NCBI GenBank assembly: GCA_030612025.1
Contig: JAUWOR010000002.1
Location: 64,001-128,000, forward strand
From: Dehalococcoidia bacterium
GTDB lineage: Bacteria > Chloroflexota > Dehalococcoidia > GIF9 > AB-539-J10
Length of the DNA: 64,000 nt
Reading direction: 5' to 3'
This document shows, one piece after another, positions 39,090-48,492 of this stretch. The notes under the pieces were generated by a model that worked only from the letters and a program-made list of their open reading frames with translations, was not told the origin of the DNA and made no database searches. Every line of letters starts with the position of its first letter. The first letter of the stretch is position 1. A program made the translations under genes and the position numbers.

Positions 39090-40142
39090 TTAAGCTTTAG
39101 AGCGCTCTTGAAGAGCAGCTTTAATCTCCTCCTGTACCTCTGAGCCTACTTCACTTTTAAGTGATCGAGTTAGTGCTTCTCTTGCTTTCTTGCCCCCGAT
39201 TCTTCCCAGTGCCCAGGCAACATACGAACGAACCTTGGGCTCGGAATAACTGAGCGCTTGAACAAGCGCGGGCACCGCCATTGGATCACGGATGTTCCCA
39301 AGCGCTAGGGCGACATTCCGCCGAAGAGTCGAAATGTCCATCTGGAGAACATGATTTGGCAATACTGTTTTGTAGTAATTTTCGTCCCCTAAGAGCAATG
39401 GGATTAGTTCTGGGCTATCGGATTTTTCCTCTATCTCAACCGGATAATGCCTTCTCGGTATTAGCCTTTGATTCTTGGGGCAAGCCTCTTGGCAGATTTC
39501 GCACCCGGTAAGCCGAGTCCCTACTTTCTTCCTGAGTTCGCGGGGGATAGGCGCTCCATCAAGCCACTCGGCAATACACAAGGATGGCATGACTTTGTAA
39601 GATTCTTTTATTGCATTAGTGGGGCAAGCTTCTATGCAAGCAATGCAATCGCCACAGTCAGAAAGTTTATAAGGCCGGTCCTCTGCCTCAAGCGGTGCAT
39701 CAGTAATCACGCCTTCCAGATAAATCCATGAACCAAAGCCATCGGCATGAACAAGACTGTTCTTGCCATAAACCCCGATTCCCGCTTTGACCGCCAGTGG
39801 CTTAAGAGGTATGTTTTGTCCTCGTTCTCTTTTAACTGCATTATATCCCCTTTCGTTTAGGTACTCCTTGATTACTTGATAGCAATATTCATCCATAGCA
39901 GAAAATGCTCCTAACCCTGGTGAAAGCCTGCCACATGGTGCACCTGGTCTCGATGGTTCTGTCACCGGACTACCAAAACAAAAACCAAACACAACTATAG
40001 ATTTGGCATTTTCAAGAGAGGCTCTTGGGTCCATAAGCGGCTTATCCAGCCCATCTACCTCAAAGGCTTTAGCAGAGGTTACACCGATCAGATCGATGCC
40101 TTGCTTGACAGTATATTCTTTGAGTTCCGCAGTCAAAGACAT
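39090..40142 (-). CDS. QueG-like cobalamin/Fe-S reductase with C-terminal HEAT repeats
   Basis: KAGIGVYGKN, GSWIYL, CGDCIACIEACPT, GCEICQEACP, RRNVALALGN; RBS ggaga before ATG 40142. Confidence 0.85.
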   Translation of the reverse strand: MSLTAELKEYTVKQGIDLIGVTSAKAFEVDGLDKPLMDPRASLENAKSIVVFGFCFGSPVTEPSRPGAPCGRLSPGLGAFSAMDEYCYQVIKEYLNERGYNAVKRERGQNIPLKPLAVKAGIGVYGKNSLVHADGFGSWIYLEGVITDAPLEAEDRPYKLSDCGDCIACIEACPTNAIKESYKVMPSLCIAEWLDGAPIPRELRKKVGTRLTGCEICQEACPKNQRLIPRRHYPVEIEEKSDSPELIPLLLGDENYYKTVLPNHVLQMDISTLRRNVALALGNIRDPMAVPALVQALSYSEPKVRSYVAWALGRIGGKKAREALTRSLKSEVGSEVQEEIKAALQERSKA

Positions 40143-40222
40143 TGATCTCCTTCCCGCATGTCCCTTGGAAGCCTTGGCCAGTATTATTTTCCAAGTAGGC
40201 AAAGCTGCCAGGCAAAATGTGG

Positions 40223-40274
40223 CCTAACAACCATATAGACGAACTCTGAGTTCGCCTAATCCGATTTGTTCCCT
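40223..40274 (-). mobile_element. attC-like recombination site
   Basis: Minus strand AGGGAAC-aaatcggattaggcgaactc-a-gagttcgtctatatggtt-GTTAGGC hairpin ending in a consensus GTTRRRY. Confidence 0.55.
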
Positions 40275-40349
40275 GACGTGGTGATGCCCCCTACCATAAA
40301 TCGCCTGCCTACTTTTACTTGTTACCTTAAATCCATTCCCCACCCGTCA

Positions 40350-40812
40350 CAGGTTAGCTACCGTAGCACCTCGATTGCACTTTGGATGCTTCTTTTGGAC
40401 CTGTCATCGGCAATCTTCAACCACTCCTCATACAACGGGAGCAATTCTTTTTCCTTTGTGCGGTTTTCTGCCAATCTAAGTGTTCATCCCTTAAATTTTC
40501 GCAGAGGTAAAAAGGCATGACTTGCTCTTGATATTTTAAGAATTCATTTCCAAGCTCTTGTGCCAAAAGCTTAGTTTTCCATGAAGCGACTATCGAAAGC
40601 AAAGCCATCATATAAACCAAAGTTATTGGTCCAATTTTGGTCAAAAATCAAGGCGCATGAAGGGATTCCGGTTGAAAGCCCCCGTCATCCACGCCTGAGA
40701 GACAAAAGCAACACATTGAGGTATTATAGTTGAAAGTATCCAAGTCTCGGGAGCTCGCAGTTTGGGCATCTCGCTTCTAGTATTTTTCAGCCGTGCTCTT
40801 TGTTTCCCCTTT
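40350..40812 (-). pseudogene. Decayed ORF fragments, one resembling an isoprenylcysteine methyltransferase C-terminus
   Basis: KLLAQELGNEFLKYQEQV fragment; frameshifted pieces; no full ORF. Confidence 0.35.
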
Positions 40813-41199
40813 TTATTTCTTAGACTTGAAGCGGTCAATTACATTCTCGATATTTTGATGTCTTCTGGTAATTAGGATTCTATGCCAATCACTGTAATAG
40901 TAAATACCCTGGAAAACCGAGCCACTTAAAACTCCGCAGGATATTGCTGAAACCAAAAAGTGGACGTTTGTTATCAGACTAAAAATTATTATTCCTGAAG
41001 AGATAAGCCAATGGTGAAAGTGAATCTTGTACTTCCCAAAAGGAATGACAATTGATTTTATTCTACCAGGTTTTCCACTTGTTTTGCCGGCCATGTATTT
41101 GGTTAGCAGAAAACCTAGAAGCCAGCCCACAAAGAAGAGATAACCAAGAATAATACCAGCAGCTAGCAGTGGAGGAATGCAAACTAGCTTCCTCTTCAT
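40813..41199 (-). CDS. Small membrane protein with HFHHW motif
   Basis: Three hydrophobic segments, KIHFHHWL, QGIYYYSDW; RBS-like ggag upstream. Confidence 0.7.
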   Translation of the reverse strand: MKRKLVCIPPLLAAGIILGYLFFVGWLLGFLLTKYMAGKTSGKPGRIKSIVIPFGKYKIHFHHWLISSGIIIFSLITNVHFLVSAISCGVLSGSVFQGIYYYSDWHRILITRRHQNIENVIDRFKSKK

Positions 41200-41375
41200 C
41201 TAAGAGATACTCCACATTCCCACTTTGCCATGTTCAACTATTTTCCCTCCATAACAGAATCTACCGGCCTTCTCCTCACCCATCATAACAATAGAATGGA
41301 GTTGTTGTAAACCCCTATACAGAATAAGACCCCCCATGATACCTATGCCTTCCTACCAATTGCTTCTAAGTTCCT

Positions 41376-41711
41376 CTAAATAATATTCCCTGGTAAATCT
41401 ATTGGAGCTATGCTAATTATTTGATTATTCTCGCACCAGATTTGTTCTGTAGCTAGGTTAAGGGGAACATCAACTTTTTGCCCTTCCAGTCTCACAAAGC
41501 AATGGGGCAATATCCGCGGGATAAATGGGAATGTGCGTCTTGGCGTTATTGAGATAGGTGCAACAACTAAATTAGCACTAAGCCCTAACTCATGAGCTTT
41601 TCTTACTACCTTGATGGATTTATGAAAGCAGTTATTTGTCAATAATGAGTAAGGCTCATGGTATGCTTGGTCAATAAACTGCTTCATCCTAGCTTCGTTC
41701 ACCAGCATCAT
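41376..41711 (-). CDS. Hypothetical protein, possible minimal transglutaminase/papain-like fold
   Basis: NNCFHK, PHCFV, KVDV give a possible Cys-His-Asp order. Confidence 0.5.
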   Translation of the reverse strand: MMLVNEARMKQFIDQAYHEPYSLLTNNCFHKSIKVVRKAHELGLSANLVVAPISITPRRTFPFIPRILPHCFVRLEGQKVDVPLNLATEQIWCENNQIISIAPIDLPGNII

Positions 41712-41997
41712 CTTAATCCTCTCCCTTTATGGGAGAGGAAATTTGGCTCCCGAAGTATATGGTCGCTAGAAAGCTGTCTGGCAGGACTGGGAGTAGCAGG
41801 GTCGAGGAAAATTACCGAATTCCGCGGCTCAGCTATATTGTGGAAGCCACTTTCTTTGAATTGCTGACAGTTAAAGGTCCACAAGTATCCTGAACAAAGG
41901 CTAAATCTACTTTGGCAATTAATAATATCCCTGGCTTTGGCAGCGGTTTTTTGATTTACCAGCCAAAATTTTCTCCGCTAGCGTCTTACCCATTCAA

Positions 41998-43758
41998 TTA
42001 ACCAATTATGGCCAATACATCATTGGCATTTACCCTATCGCCTGGTTTAAAGTTTATGGCTTTAATCTTGCCATCTTCGGGAGTAGGTAAAACATTTTCC
42101 ATCTTCATTGCCTCTAGGACGACTATGCCATCACCGGCTTTAACTTCGTCTCCTTCGTTAACTAGATAGCGTATGATTGTGCCTGGCATTGGTGCTAGCA
42201 AAGGAGCCCCAGCTACAACTTCCTTTTCCTCCTCTACTTTTGCTGGTGCTTCAGCCACAGGAGGCGGGGCAGCACCAACTTCCACCAATTTACCAGACTT
42301 AGCCTTGGCTATGAGCTCGTCTTCTCGCTTTATATCTTCCAGAGTTTTTGCTTTCGTTTCTGGGGGTGGCTCTTCTAAGCCATATTTCCACCTGAGGAAC
42401 CTCATTCCAGTAGTGGGATAAAGAGCATAAGCAAGAACATCTCCAATATCTCTGGCAATATCTTTAGTTGCTTCTTTAGCTTTATCCAATTCCGGCTCTA
42501 ATACATCGGCAGGCCGACAAGTGATTGGTTGCTCACCCCTTTCATAACCCTTGAGAACCAATTCTTGCACTTTGGGGTCAATAGGAGCAGGCGACTTACC
42601 ATAAAGGCCATAAACATAGTCTTTAACCTGTTGAGAAATAACTTTATATCTACCAAAGAGAACATTGTTGATTGCCTGAGTGCCCACAATTTGGCTAGTA
42701 GGTGTAACCAAGGGCGGATAGCCCAATTCCTTCCGCGTTTGTGGAAGCTCAGCATAAACTTCAGGCAACCTGTGGAGGGCATCAGCTTCTCTTAACTGAG
42801 CTACCATGTTGGTAAACATTCCCCCAGGAATTTGATGCCATAACACCCCGGTATCAATGACCGACATCTTTGTTCTAGCTAAAAAGTCACGATATTTAGG
42901 AGCTATAGATTCAAAATATCCATCTAGCTTAAGAAGGTGTTCCAAGTTAAGCCCAGTATCCCGAGGAGTGCCACGAAGGGCGACTACAATTGGTTCTATT
43001 GCTGGATGGGCAGTGCGTAGGGCAAGAGGAGCAACACAGGTATCAATAATATCCACCCCAGCTTCAATAGCCTTTAGATGGCTCATACATGCCATACCGC
43101 TGGTGAAATGGCTATGAAGGCAAACAGGTATCTTCAAAGCTTGCTTCAGAGCTTTAATCAAGTTATAAGCATCGTCCGGAGCAATAAGTCCAGCCATATC
43201 CTTAATACACAGGCTATCTGCTCCCATACCTTGAATTGTAAGAGCTTTATTAACATAGTAATCAATGTTGTAAACAGACCCGCCTAATTTTCGTTCCGTG
43301 AGTGAGTAACACAATGACCCCTGAATGTGCTTATCACGCTCTTTGATGGCTTTAAAGGCAGTTTCAAAATTGCGTTCATCGTTAACGGCATCGAAGACAC
43401 GGAAAACGTCAATGCCACAATCGGCAGAGTGGTGAACAAAAGCAATAACTACATCGTCAGCATAATTACGATAGCCAACCAGATTCTGCCCCCGAAGTAA
43501 CATTTGAAGTTTGGTATGAGGCATTGCCCTCTTCAGGATACGGATTCTCTCCCAGGGGTCTTCATTCAGAAATCGAGTCATAACATCAAAGGTAGCTCCA
43601 CCCCAGACTTCCATAGACCAAAAGCCAATCTTATCCATCTCCGGGGCGATAGCTTCCAAGTCCTTAGTCCGCACTCGTGTAGCTAGTAAAGATTGATGCC
43701 CGTCACGGAAGCTAAGATCGGTGATTTTTACCGGGTTTTTGTTGTCAGCTAAACTCAT
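41998..43758 (-). CDS. Pyruvate/oxaloacetate carboxyltransferase with C-terminal biotinyl domain (PycB/OadA/transcarboxylase 5S+1.3S)
   Basis: RDGHQSLLATR, EVWGGATFD, CIKDMAG, HQIPGGM, EAMKM. Confidence 0.93.
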   Translation of the reverse strand: MSLADNKNPVKITDLSFRDGHQSLLATRVRTKDLEAIAPEMDKIGFWSMEVWGGATFDVMTRFLNEDPWERIRILKRAMPHTKLQMLLRGQNLVGYRNYADDVVIAFVHHSADCGIDVFRVFDAVNDERNFETAFKAIKERDKHIQGSLCYSLTERKLGGSVYNIDYYVNKALTIQGMGADSLCIKDMAGLIAPDDAYNLIKALKQALKIPVCLHSHFTSGMACMSHLKAIEAGVDIIDTCVAPLALRTAHPAIEPIVVALRGTPRDTGLNLEHLLKLDGYFESIAPKYRDFLARTKMSVIDTGVLWHQIPGGMFTNMVAQLREADALHRLPEVYAELPQTRKELGYPPLVTPTSQIVGTQAINNVLFGRYKVISQQVKDYVYGLYGKSPAPIDPKVQELVLKGYERGEQPITCRPADVLEPELDKAKEATKDIARDIGDVLAYALYPTTGMRFLRWKYGLEEPPPETKAKTLEDIKREDELIAKAKSGKLVEVGAAPPPVAEAPAKVEEEKEVVAGAPLLAPMPGTIIRYLVNEGDEVKAGDGIVVLEAMKMENVLPTPEDGKIKAINFKPGDRVNANDVLAIIG

Positions 43759-43819
43759 GCTTTAACACCTCGCTAATTATTTTTGCTCCTCTCAATCCTT
43801 GGGACACTCCATTGTCGGA

Positions 43820-43925
43820 AAATTAAAAGTCAAAGATCAAAAACCAAAATGACAACTCAAAATGCAAACCTTCTTGGTTTTTGCTTTGTATTTTTTCATT
43901 TTGCATTTTAATTTTTGCTTTTTTT
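43820..43925. repeat. AT-rich inverted repeat with about 7-nt period
   Basis: caaagatcaaaaaccaaaatgacaactcaaaatgcaaa ... tttcattttgcattttaatttttg. Confidence 0.6.
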
Positions 43926-43929
43926 ATCG

Positions 43930-45480
43930 CTATAGGGGAATATTACCATGTTTCTTAGATGGGTTAGAAACTTCTTTGTTCTGTAACATTTGCAATGCCT
44001 TAATTAGCTTCGGACGTGTTTCCCGAGGGTCAATGACATCGTCAATGTAGCCTCTAGCTGCCGCCACATAGGGATTGGCAAATTTGTCCCGGTATTCTTG
44101 AATTAGCCTCTGCCTTGTTTCTTCCCGATTGGCTGATTTCTTGATTTCATCACGATAGATAATATTGACTGCCCCCTCAGGACCCATCACAGCAATTTCT
44201 GCCGTAGGCCAAGCATAGTTAATGTCTCCTCGCAGACTCTTGCTGCTCATAGCGATATAAGCTCCCCCGTAAGCTTTGCGAATGATTACGCTCACCTTAG
44301 GCACGGTAGCCTCAGCATAGGCAAAAAGAACTTTAGCTCCATGTCTGATAATGCCCCTGAATTCCTGGTCAGTTCCGGGCATGTACCCCGGAACATCAAC
44401 AAAGGTAACCAAAGGAATATTGAAACAATCACAAAAACGAACGAACCTGGCTGCTTTATCGCTAGCATCAATATCTAACACCCCAGCCAGATACATAGGC
44501 TGCTGAGCTAAAATGCCCACGCTTTGCCCATCCAGGCGAGCAAAACCAACAATAAAATTGCGAGCAAATCTCTCATGAACTTCTAAAAAGTCACCATTGT
44601 CTACTATCTTTGCCATAATCCGCTTCATATCATATGGTTGAGTAGGATTGACAGGAACAAGGTGAAGCAGTTCTTCATCTGTGCGGTTAGGCTCATCATC
44701 GCTATCTACGGAAGGTAGTTTTCCCTTATAACTTTGGGGGAGGAAGCTTAATAATCTACGCACCTGCTGAAAACATTCCACTTCAGTCTCATATACAAAG
44801 TGGCAATTGCCACTTTTAGTGGCATTTACCACAGCGCCACCTAGTTCCTCCAAGCTTACCTCCTCCCCCGTGACTGCTTTGACGACTTCAGTGCCAGTAA
44901 TATAACTTTGCCCCAAACCTTTAACCATAAACACAAAGTCAGTAATAGCCGGGGAATAAACAGCGCCCCCAGCAGTAGGACCAACTATCACTGAAATCTG
45001 AGGGATGACCCCAGAATACAGGGTATTCCGGGTAAAAATCTCACCATAGCCCTTAAGGCTATCGGCTCCTTCCTGAATACGTGCCCCTCCAGAATCCAAA
45101 ACAGCAACAAAAGGAGCTCCATTCTTCGCCGCTAAATCCATCACCTTACAAATTTTTTGAGAGGCTGCCTCTGATAACGAGCCACCAAAGACAGTGAAGT
45201 TCTGTGAAAAGGCGAAGGTAAGCCTGTTATTTATCTTGCCATAGCCAACAACCACGGAATCACCAAGGAACTTCTGCTCTGCCATACCAAAATCGGCGCA
45301 ACGATGAGTCACAAAAGGGTCAATTTCTTCAAAAGTTCCTGCGTCAAATAGAAGATTGATTCGCTCTCTGGCAGTCAATTTCCCCTTAGCACGCTGCGCC
45401 TCAACACGCTTAGGCCCACCTCCTGCCTTGGCTTTTTCTCTGAATTTGCTTAATTGAGCTAATTTCTTCTCGATTCCCAT
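43930..45480 (-). CDS. Acyl-CoA carboxylase carboxyltransferase subunit (PccB/MmdA/transcarboxylase 12S)
   Basis: GKLTARER, DSGGARIQEG, GGAVYSPA, RKAYGGAY, KKHGNIPL. Confidence 0.95.
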   Translation of the reverse strand: MGIEKKLAQLSKFREKAKAGGGPKRVEAQRAKGKLTARERINLLFDAGTFEEIDPFVTHRCADFGMAEQKFLGDSVVVGYGKINNRLTFAFSQNFTVFGGSLSEAASQKICKVMDLAAKNGAPFVAVLDSGGARIQEGADSLKGYGEIFTRNTLYSGVIPQISVIVGPTAGGAVYSPAITDFVFMVKGLGQSYITGTEVVKAVTGEEVSLEELGGAVVNATKSGNCHFVYETEVECFQQVRRLLSFLPQSYKGKLPSVDSDDEPNRTDEELLHLVPVNPTQPYDMKRIMAKIVDNGDFLEVHERFARNFIVGFARLDGQSVGILAQQPMYLAGVLDIDASDKAARFVRFCDCFNIPLVTFVDVPGYMPGTDQEFRGIIRHGAKVLFAYAEATVPKVSVIIRKAYGGAYIAMSSKSLRGDINYAWPTAEIAVMGPEGAVNIIYRDEIKKSANREETRQRLIQEYRDKFANPYVAAARGYIDDVIDPRETRPKLIKALQMLQNKEVSNPSKKHGNIPL

Positions 45481-45574
45481 CTCTTCTCCATTGTTACTTA
45501 TTTAGATTGCTATTTTAATAGCTTGCTCTGCTATAATCAATGACGTGTCCCATCAGGGTAATTGTAAACCGAAA

Positions 45575-45694
45575 GAACTTGGCCACTGTAGCCATAGTAT
45601 CGCCAAAGGCGCTGACATCTTCCGCGTGCATGACATCGAGGAGATAGCACATGTTTGCAAAATGAGTGACGTCATTATCAGAGGTCGGCCATAA
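45575..45694 (+). pseudogene. folP: C-terminal remnant of dihydropteroate synthase
   Basis: SIAKGADIFRVHDIEEIAHVCKMSDVI* matches the FolP GAxIxRVHD motif; directly upstream of folK. Confidence 0.75.
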
Positions 45695-45695
45695 A

Positions 45696-46187
45696 TTGCC
45701 CAGTGCTTATCTTTGCCTTGGTTCAAACTTAGGAGCCCGGGAGAAAAACTTGACTTGGGCTTTGTCACTGCTTTCTCAAGAGGTAAACCTCAAGAAAGTT
45801 TCATCTATTTATGAAACTGAGCCGGTAGGCTATAAAGAACAACCACTTTTCCTTAACTTGGTATGCTGCATTACAACTAATTTGAATCCCGGGGGACTCC
45901 TCCGTCTAGCTAAAACTATCGAAAGCAAAATGGGCCGAATTCCTAGCTTTCCCAATTCACCCCGCCCTATTGACATAGATATCCTTTTCTATGACAACAA
46001 AATTATTAAAACCAAGGATTTAACTATTCCACATCCTCGCTTAGCAGATAGAGCTTTTGTCCTCGTACCCCTAGCCGAGATCGCTCCAGAGTTAGTTCAT
46101 CCTGAGCTGGGCAAGAGCATCACCGAGCTAGCTAGCAATATAAAAGGATATAGCGAAGTGCGAAAATACAACCAGGAGGTTCTCTAA
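45696..46187 (+). CDS. folK: 2-amino-4-hydroxy-6-hydroxymethyldihydropteridine diphosphokinase
   Basis: YLCLGSNLG, SSIYETEP, PRPIDIDIL, IPHPR..RAFVLVPL. Confidence 0.95.
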   Translation: MPSAYLCLGSNLGAREKNLTWALSLLSQEVNLKKVSSIYETEPVGYKEQPLFLNLVCCITTNLNPGGLLRLAKTIESKMGRIPSFPNSPRPIDIDILFYDNKIIKTKDLTIPHPRLADRAFVLVPLAEIAPELVHPELGKSITELASNIKGYSEVRKYNQEVL

Positions 46188-46555
46188 TGTACCAACTATT
46201 CGTGGAAGAGCATTTTGATGCTGCGCACCATTTGCGAAATTATCGTGGCAAGTGTGAAAAACTACATGGACACCGCTTTAAAGTAATAGCGCGTTTAGAA
46301 GCGACGAAACTCGATCAAGCTGGCTTGGCTTACGATTTTGCCCAAATAAAGCGCTACTTAAGGGAAGCCCTAGCTCAATTTGACCACGCTTACCTCAACG
46401 ATGTGCCACCATTCGATAAGATTGAACCCTCCTGTGAGAACATTGCTGCCACTATATACAGCGAACTCCAGCCTCATTTCTCAGGCTCCCCAGTTACACT
46501 AGCATGTGTCGAGGTTTGGGAGTCTCCCACTAGCGGAGTGGTTTATAATCCCTGA
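46187..46555 (+). CDS. queD: 6-carboxytetrahydropterin synthase
   Basis: FDAAHHL, KCEKLHGH, FDHAYLN, PSCENIA, VWES. Confidence 0.92.
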   Translation: MYQLFVEEHFDAAHHLRNYRGKCEKLHGHRFKVIARLEATKLDQAGLAYDFAQIKRYLREALAQFDHAYLNDVPPFDKIEPSCENIAATIYSELQPHFSGSPVTLACVEVWESPTSGVVYNP

Positions 46556-46565
46556 GTTAAGTTTG

Positions 46566-46742
46566 CTACTTGCTTGGTGGCAACAAATTGGGAATTGCGT
46601 CCACAATGGGATAGGAATACTGGCACTTGGGGCAATACAAAGACCCAGCAATAACTTCCTTCCCTTCTTCTTTATCTATCTTGAGCTGCAATTCCCCTTT
46701 ACATACTGGGCAAGCTAAGATTTGTATTAACTCCTTCTTCAT
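46566..46742 (-). CDS. Trm112 family protein
   Basis: ILACPVCKG...LYCPKC..YPIVDAIPNLL. Confidence 0.88.
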   Translation of the reverse strand: MKKELIQILACPVCKGELQLKIDKEEGKEVIAGSLYCPKCQYSYPIVDAIPNLLPPSK

Positions 46743-46799
46743 CTTGGCCACAGATTATACCACTTATCAGCCCTTGTGAGGAGCACTGTCAGCCAAGGT

Positions 46800-46915
46800 C
46801 CTGAACCCTTCACACCCTGTCATTCTGAGCCAAAGCCCTGAACCCTTCACTCCTCGTCATTCTGAGGAAGCGAAGCGACTGAAGAATCTCGCTCAGGGTA
46901 AACTCCGTGAAGGGA
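46800..46915. repeat. REP-like palindromic repeat cluster
   Basis: Tandem cctgaacccttcac...gtcattctgag units and ctcagggtaaactccgtga; same family as 31373-31545. Confidence 0.8.
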
Positions 46916-47045
46916 CAGCAAAGAACCTCATAACTCTCAAATTAAACCCCGCGAAGGAAAAAACTATGGGCATGGGATTACCTTGCTACTAGCTAACAGG
47001 CAGAATTACCAGTTAAGATGATATAATGTATCTTAGGAGGACAGA

Positions 47046-47381
47046 ATGACTATGCAAATTAGGAAAACTTATATGGGCATAAACCCTGAGATGCTTCACA
47101 ATGAAATACGAGACTTGGTGCAAAAACAGGGAATTATAGCCAGCGAAGCCAAGTTGCAGACATATCCTCTTCCCAGCGGCGCAACACAATCCCGCGTCAC
47201 TTTGGTATTCAAGACCCAAGCCAAACAGAAAGAGTGCGGCAGTGCCCATATCATAGGCTCGCCTGGAGGTGAAACAAAAATGCTCCTTGACTTAGACGAA
47301 ACCCTCCTTCCCAAGGAAAGCATCTCCACCCTTCAAGAAAACTTGGATTTTATCCTCGGCTCATACGAGCTTAAGTGGTAA
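47046..47381 (+). CDS. Hypothetical protein
   Basis: RBS aggagg, 111-aa ORF. Confidence 0.75.
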   Translation: MTMQIRKTYMGINPEMLHNEIRDLVQKQGIIASEAKLQTYPLPSGATQSRVTLVFKTQAKQKECGSAHIIGSPGGETKMLLDLDETLLPKESISTLQENLDFILGSYELKW

Positions 47382-47384
47382 TCA

Positions 47385-47537
47385 GTGGAAGAAACCAAGC
47401 AGGAACAAAGGCAAAAGCAGCGAGCAAAAGAAAAGGCCAAGATACCGCAGCATGGCAAGAGCCTGGCAAGGGTATATAAGGACGCTGTAGCCAAGAGAGC
47501 AAAGGATGGAGAGAGACAAAAAGATAAGGCCGGATAA
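47385..47537 (+). CDS. Small basic protein (50 aa) below the ORF-track cutoff
   Basis: GTG 3 nt after the previous stop; MEETKQEQRQKQRAKEKAKIPQHGKSLARVYKDAVAKRAK... Confidence 0.5.
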   Translation: MEETKQEQRQKQRAKEKAKIPQHGKSLARVYKDAVAKRAKDGERQKDKAG

Positions 47538-48375
47538 TCCTAAAAACACCCCATCCCTAATTCTTTCTTGGTGGAAAAAAGATATGAGTAATCTGCAATC
47601 TGTCGACCTAAGTGAACTTGCTTTAGACTACGATGCCAAGAGGCGCATGGAGTCCCAAGATTTCGAGAAGCTGCTAGGTTACATGCTGCACTATGGGAAA
47701 GTGGAAGGAGATGCTCTAGAGATAGGCTGCGGACCGGGATATTATTTAGCTCCCCTTGCCCAACGTTTACCCAAGACAAGGTTTTATGGTGTGGACATCA
47801 CTGATGCTATGTTAGCTAGTGCAAAAGACAAAATACATCAGCAAGCTCTAACTAATTGTTCTGTAGCTAAAGGGGATGCCCATTACCTTCCTTTTGTAGA
47901 CCATGCTTTCAACTTTGTGTTGATGTCTCAAGTATTGCACTACTTCGAGAATCTGCCCATTGTGATAGCCGAAGTTTATAGAGTTACTAAAGCGGAGGCT
48001 CGCGTGCTTGTAGTAACCTCCTCTCATTTGCAATTGAAAAGCCAGCTTGACATAGCTTTATTCCCAGGACTGGCTAAAAGAGATACGTCTAGAATTCCCT
48101 CAATCGAAGAGATTAGATACCTCTTTGAGAGTGACGGTTTTGCGGTAGTGGCTGCTGTTGAGTTTGCTCCCACATTCAGATTCCCTTCCATCGAGGCACT
48201 GGTAGAAAGGACAGCTCTAAAACCGTGGTCTTCCTATCAGCTTTTCTCACCGGAGGAATTTACTAGAAGGCTCAGAGTATTCAAAGGGAAACTCCATAAA
48301 AAATTTGGCGATGGAGAAATAGCCTATCTTTTCCCTCAGACACTCCTCTTTTTCCAGAAAGTTCACCACAGCTAG
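47506..48375 (+). CDS. Class I SAM-dependent methyltransferase (start may be 47583)
   Basis: LEIGCGPG, GVDITDAML, GDAHYLPF, VLHYF. Confidence 0.88.
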   Translation: MERDKKIRPDNPKNTPSLILSWWKKDMSNLQSVDLSELALDYDAKRRMESQDFEKLLGYMLHYGKVEGDALEIGCGPGYYLAPLAQRLPKTRFYGVDITDAMLASAKDKIHQQALTNCSVAKGDAHYLPFVDHAFNFVLMSQVLHYFENLPIVIAEVYRVTKAEARVLVVTSSHLQLKSQLDIALFPGLAKRDTSRIPSIEEIRYLFESDGFAVVAAVEFAPTFRFPSIEALVERTALKPWSSYQLFSPEEFTRRLRVFKGKLHKKFGDGEIAYLFPQTLLFFQKVHHS

Positions 48376-48492
48376 CTTGCCTAGATGATTTAGTACAATC
48401 AACCTCTTCTGTTCTTTCCTGTTCAATGTCACCATCTCCTTCATGGGTGACATTTTCCCTGAACAGTTACAGGGTGACAAAATCGTAGAACA
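48375..48492 (-). mobile_element. Left-end remnant of an IS (ISNCY/IS481-like)
   Basis: Minus strand TGTTC terminus with repeated tgttc-N-tgtcaccc motifs, then MKEMVTLNRKEQKRLIVLN, like a transposase N-terminus, truncated. Confidence 0.6.

Noticed and set aside
39090-40142. Respiratory reductive dehalogenase RdhA
   Set aside because: No Tat signal and no rdhB; Cys spacing and HEAT tail are QueG-type
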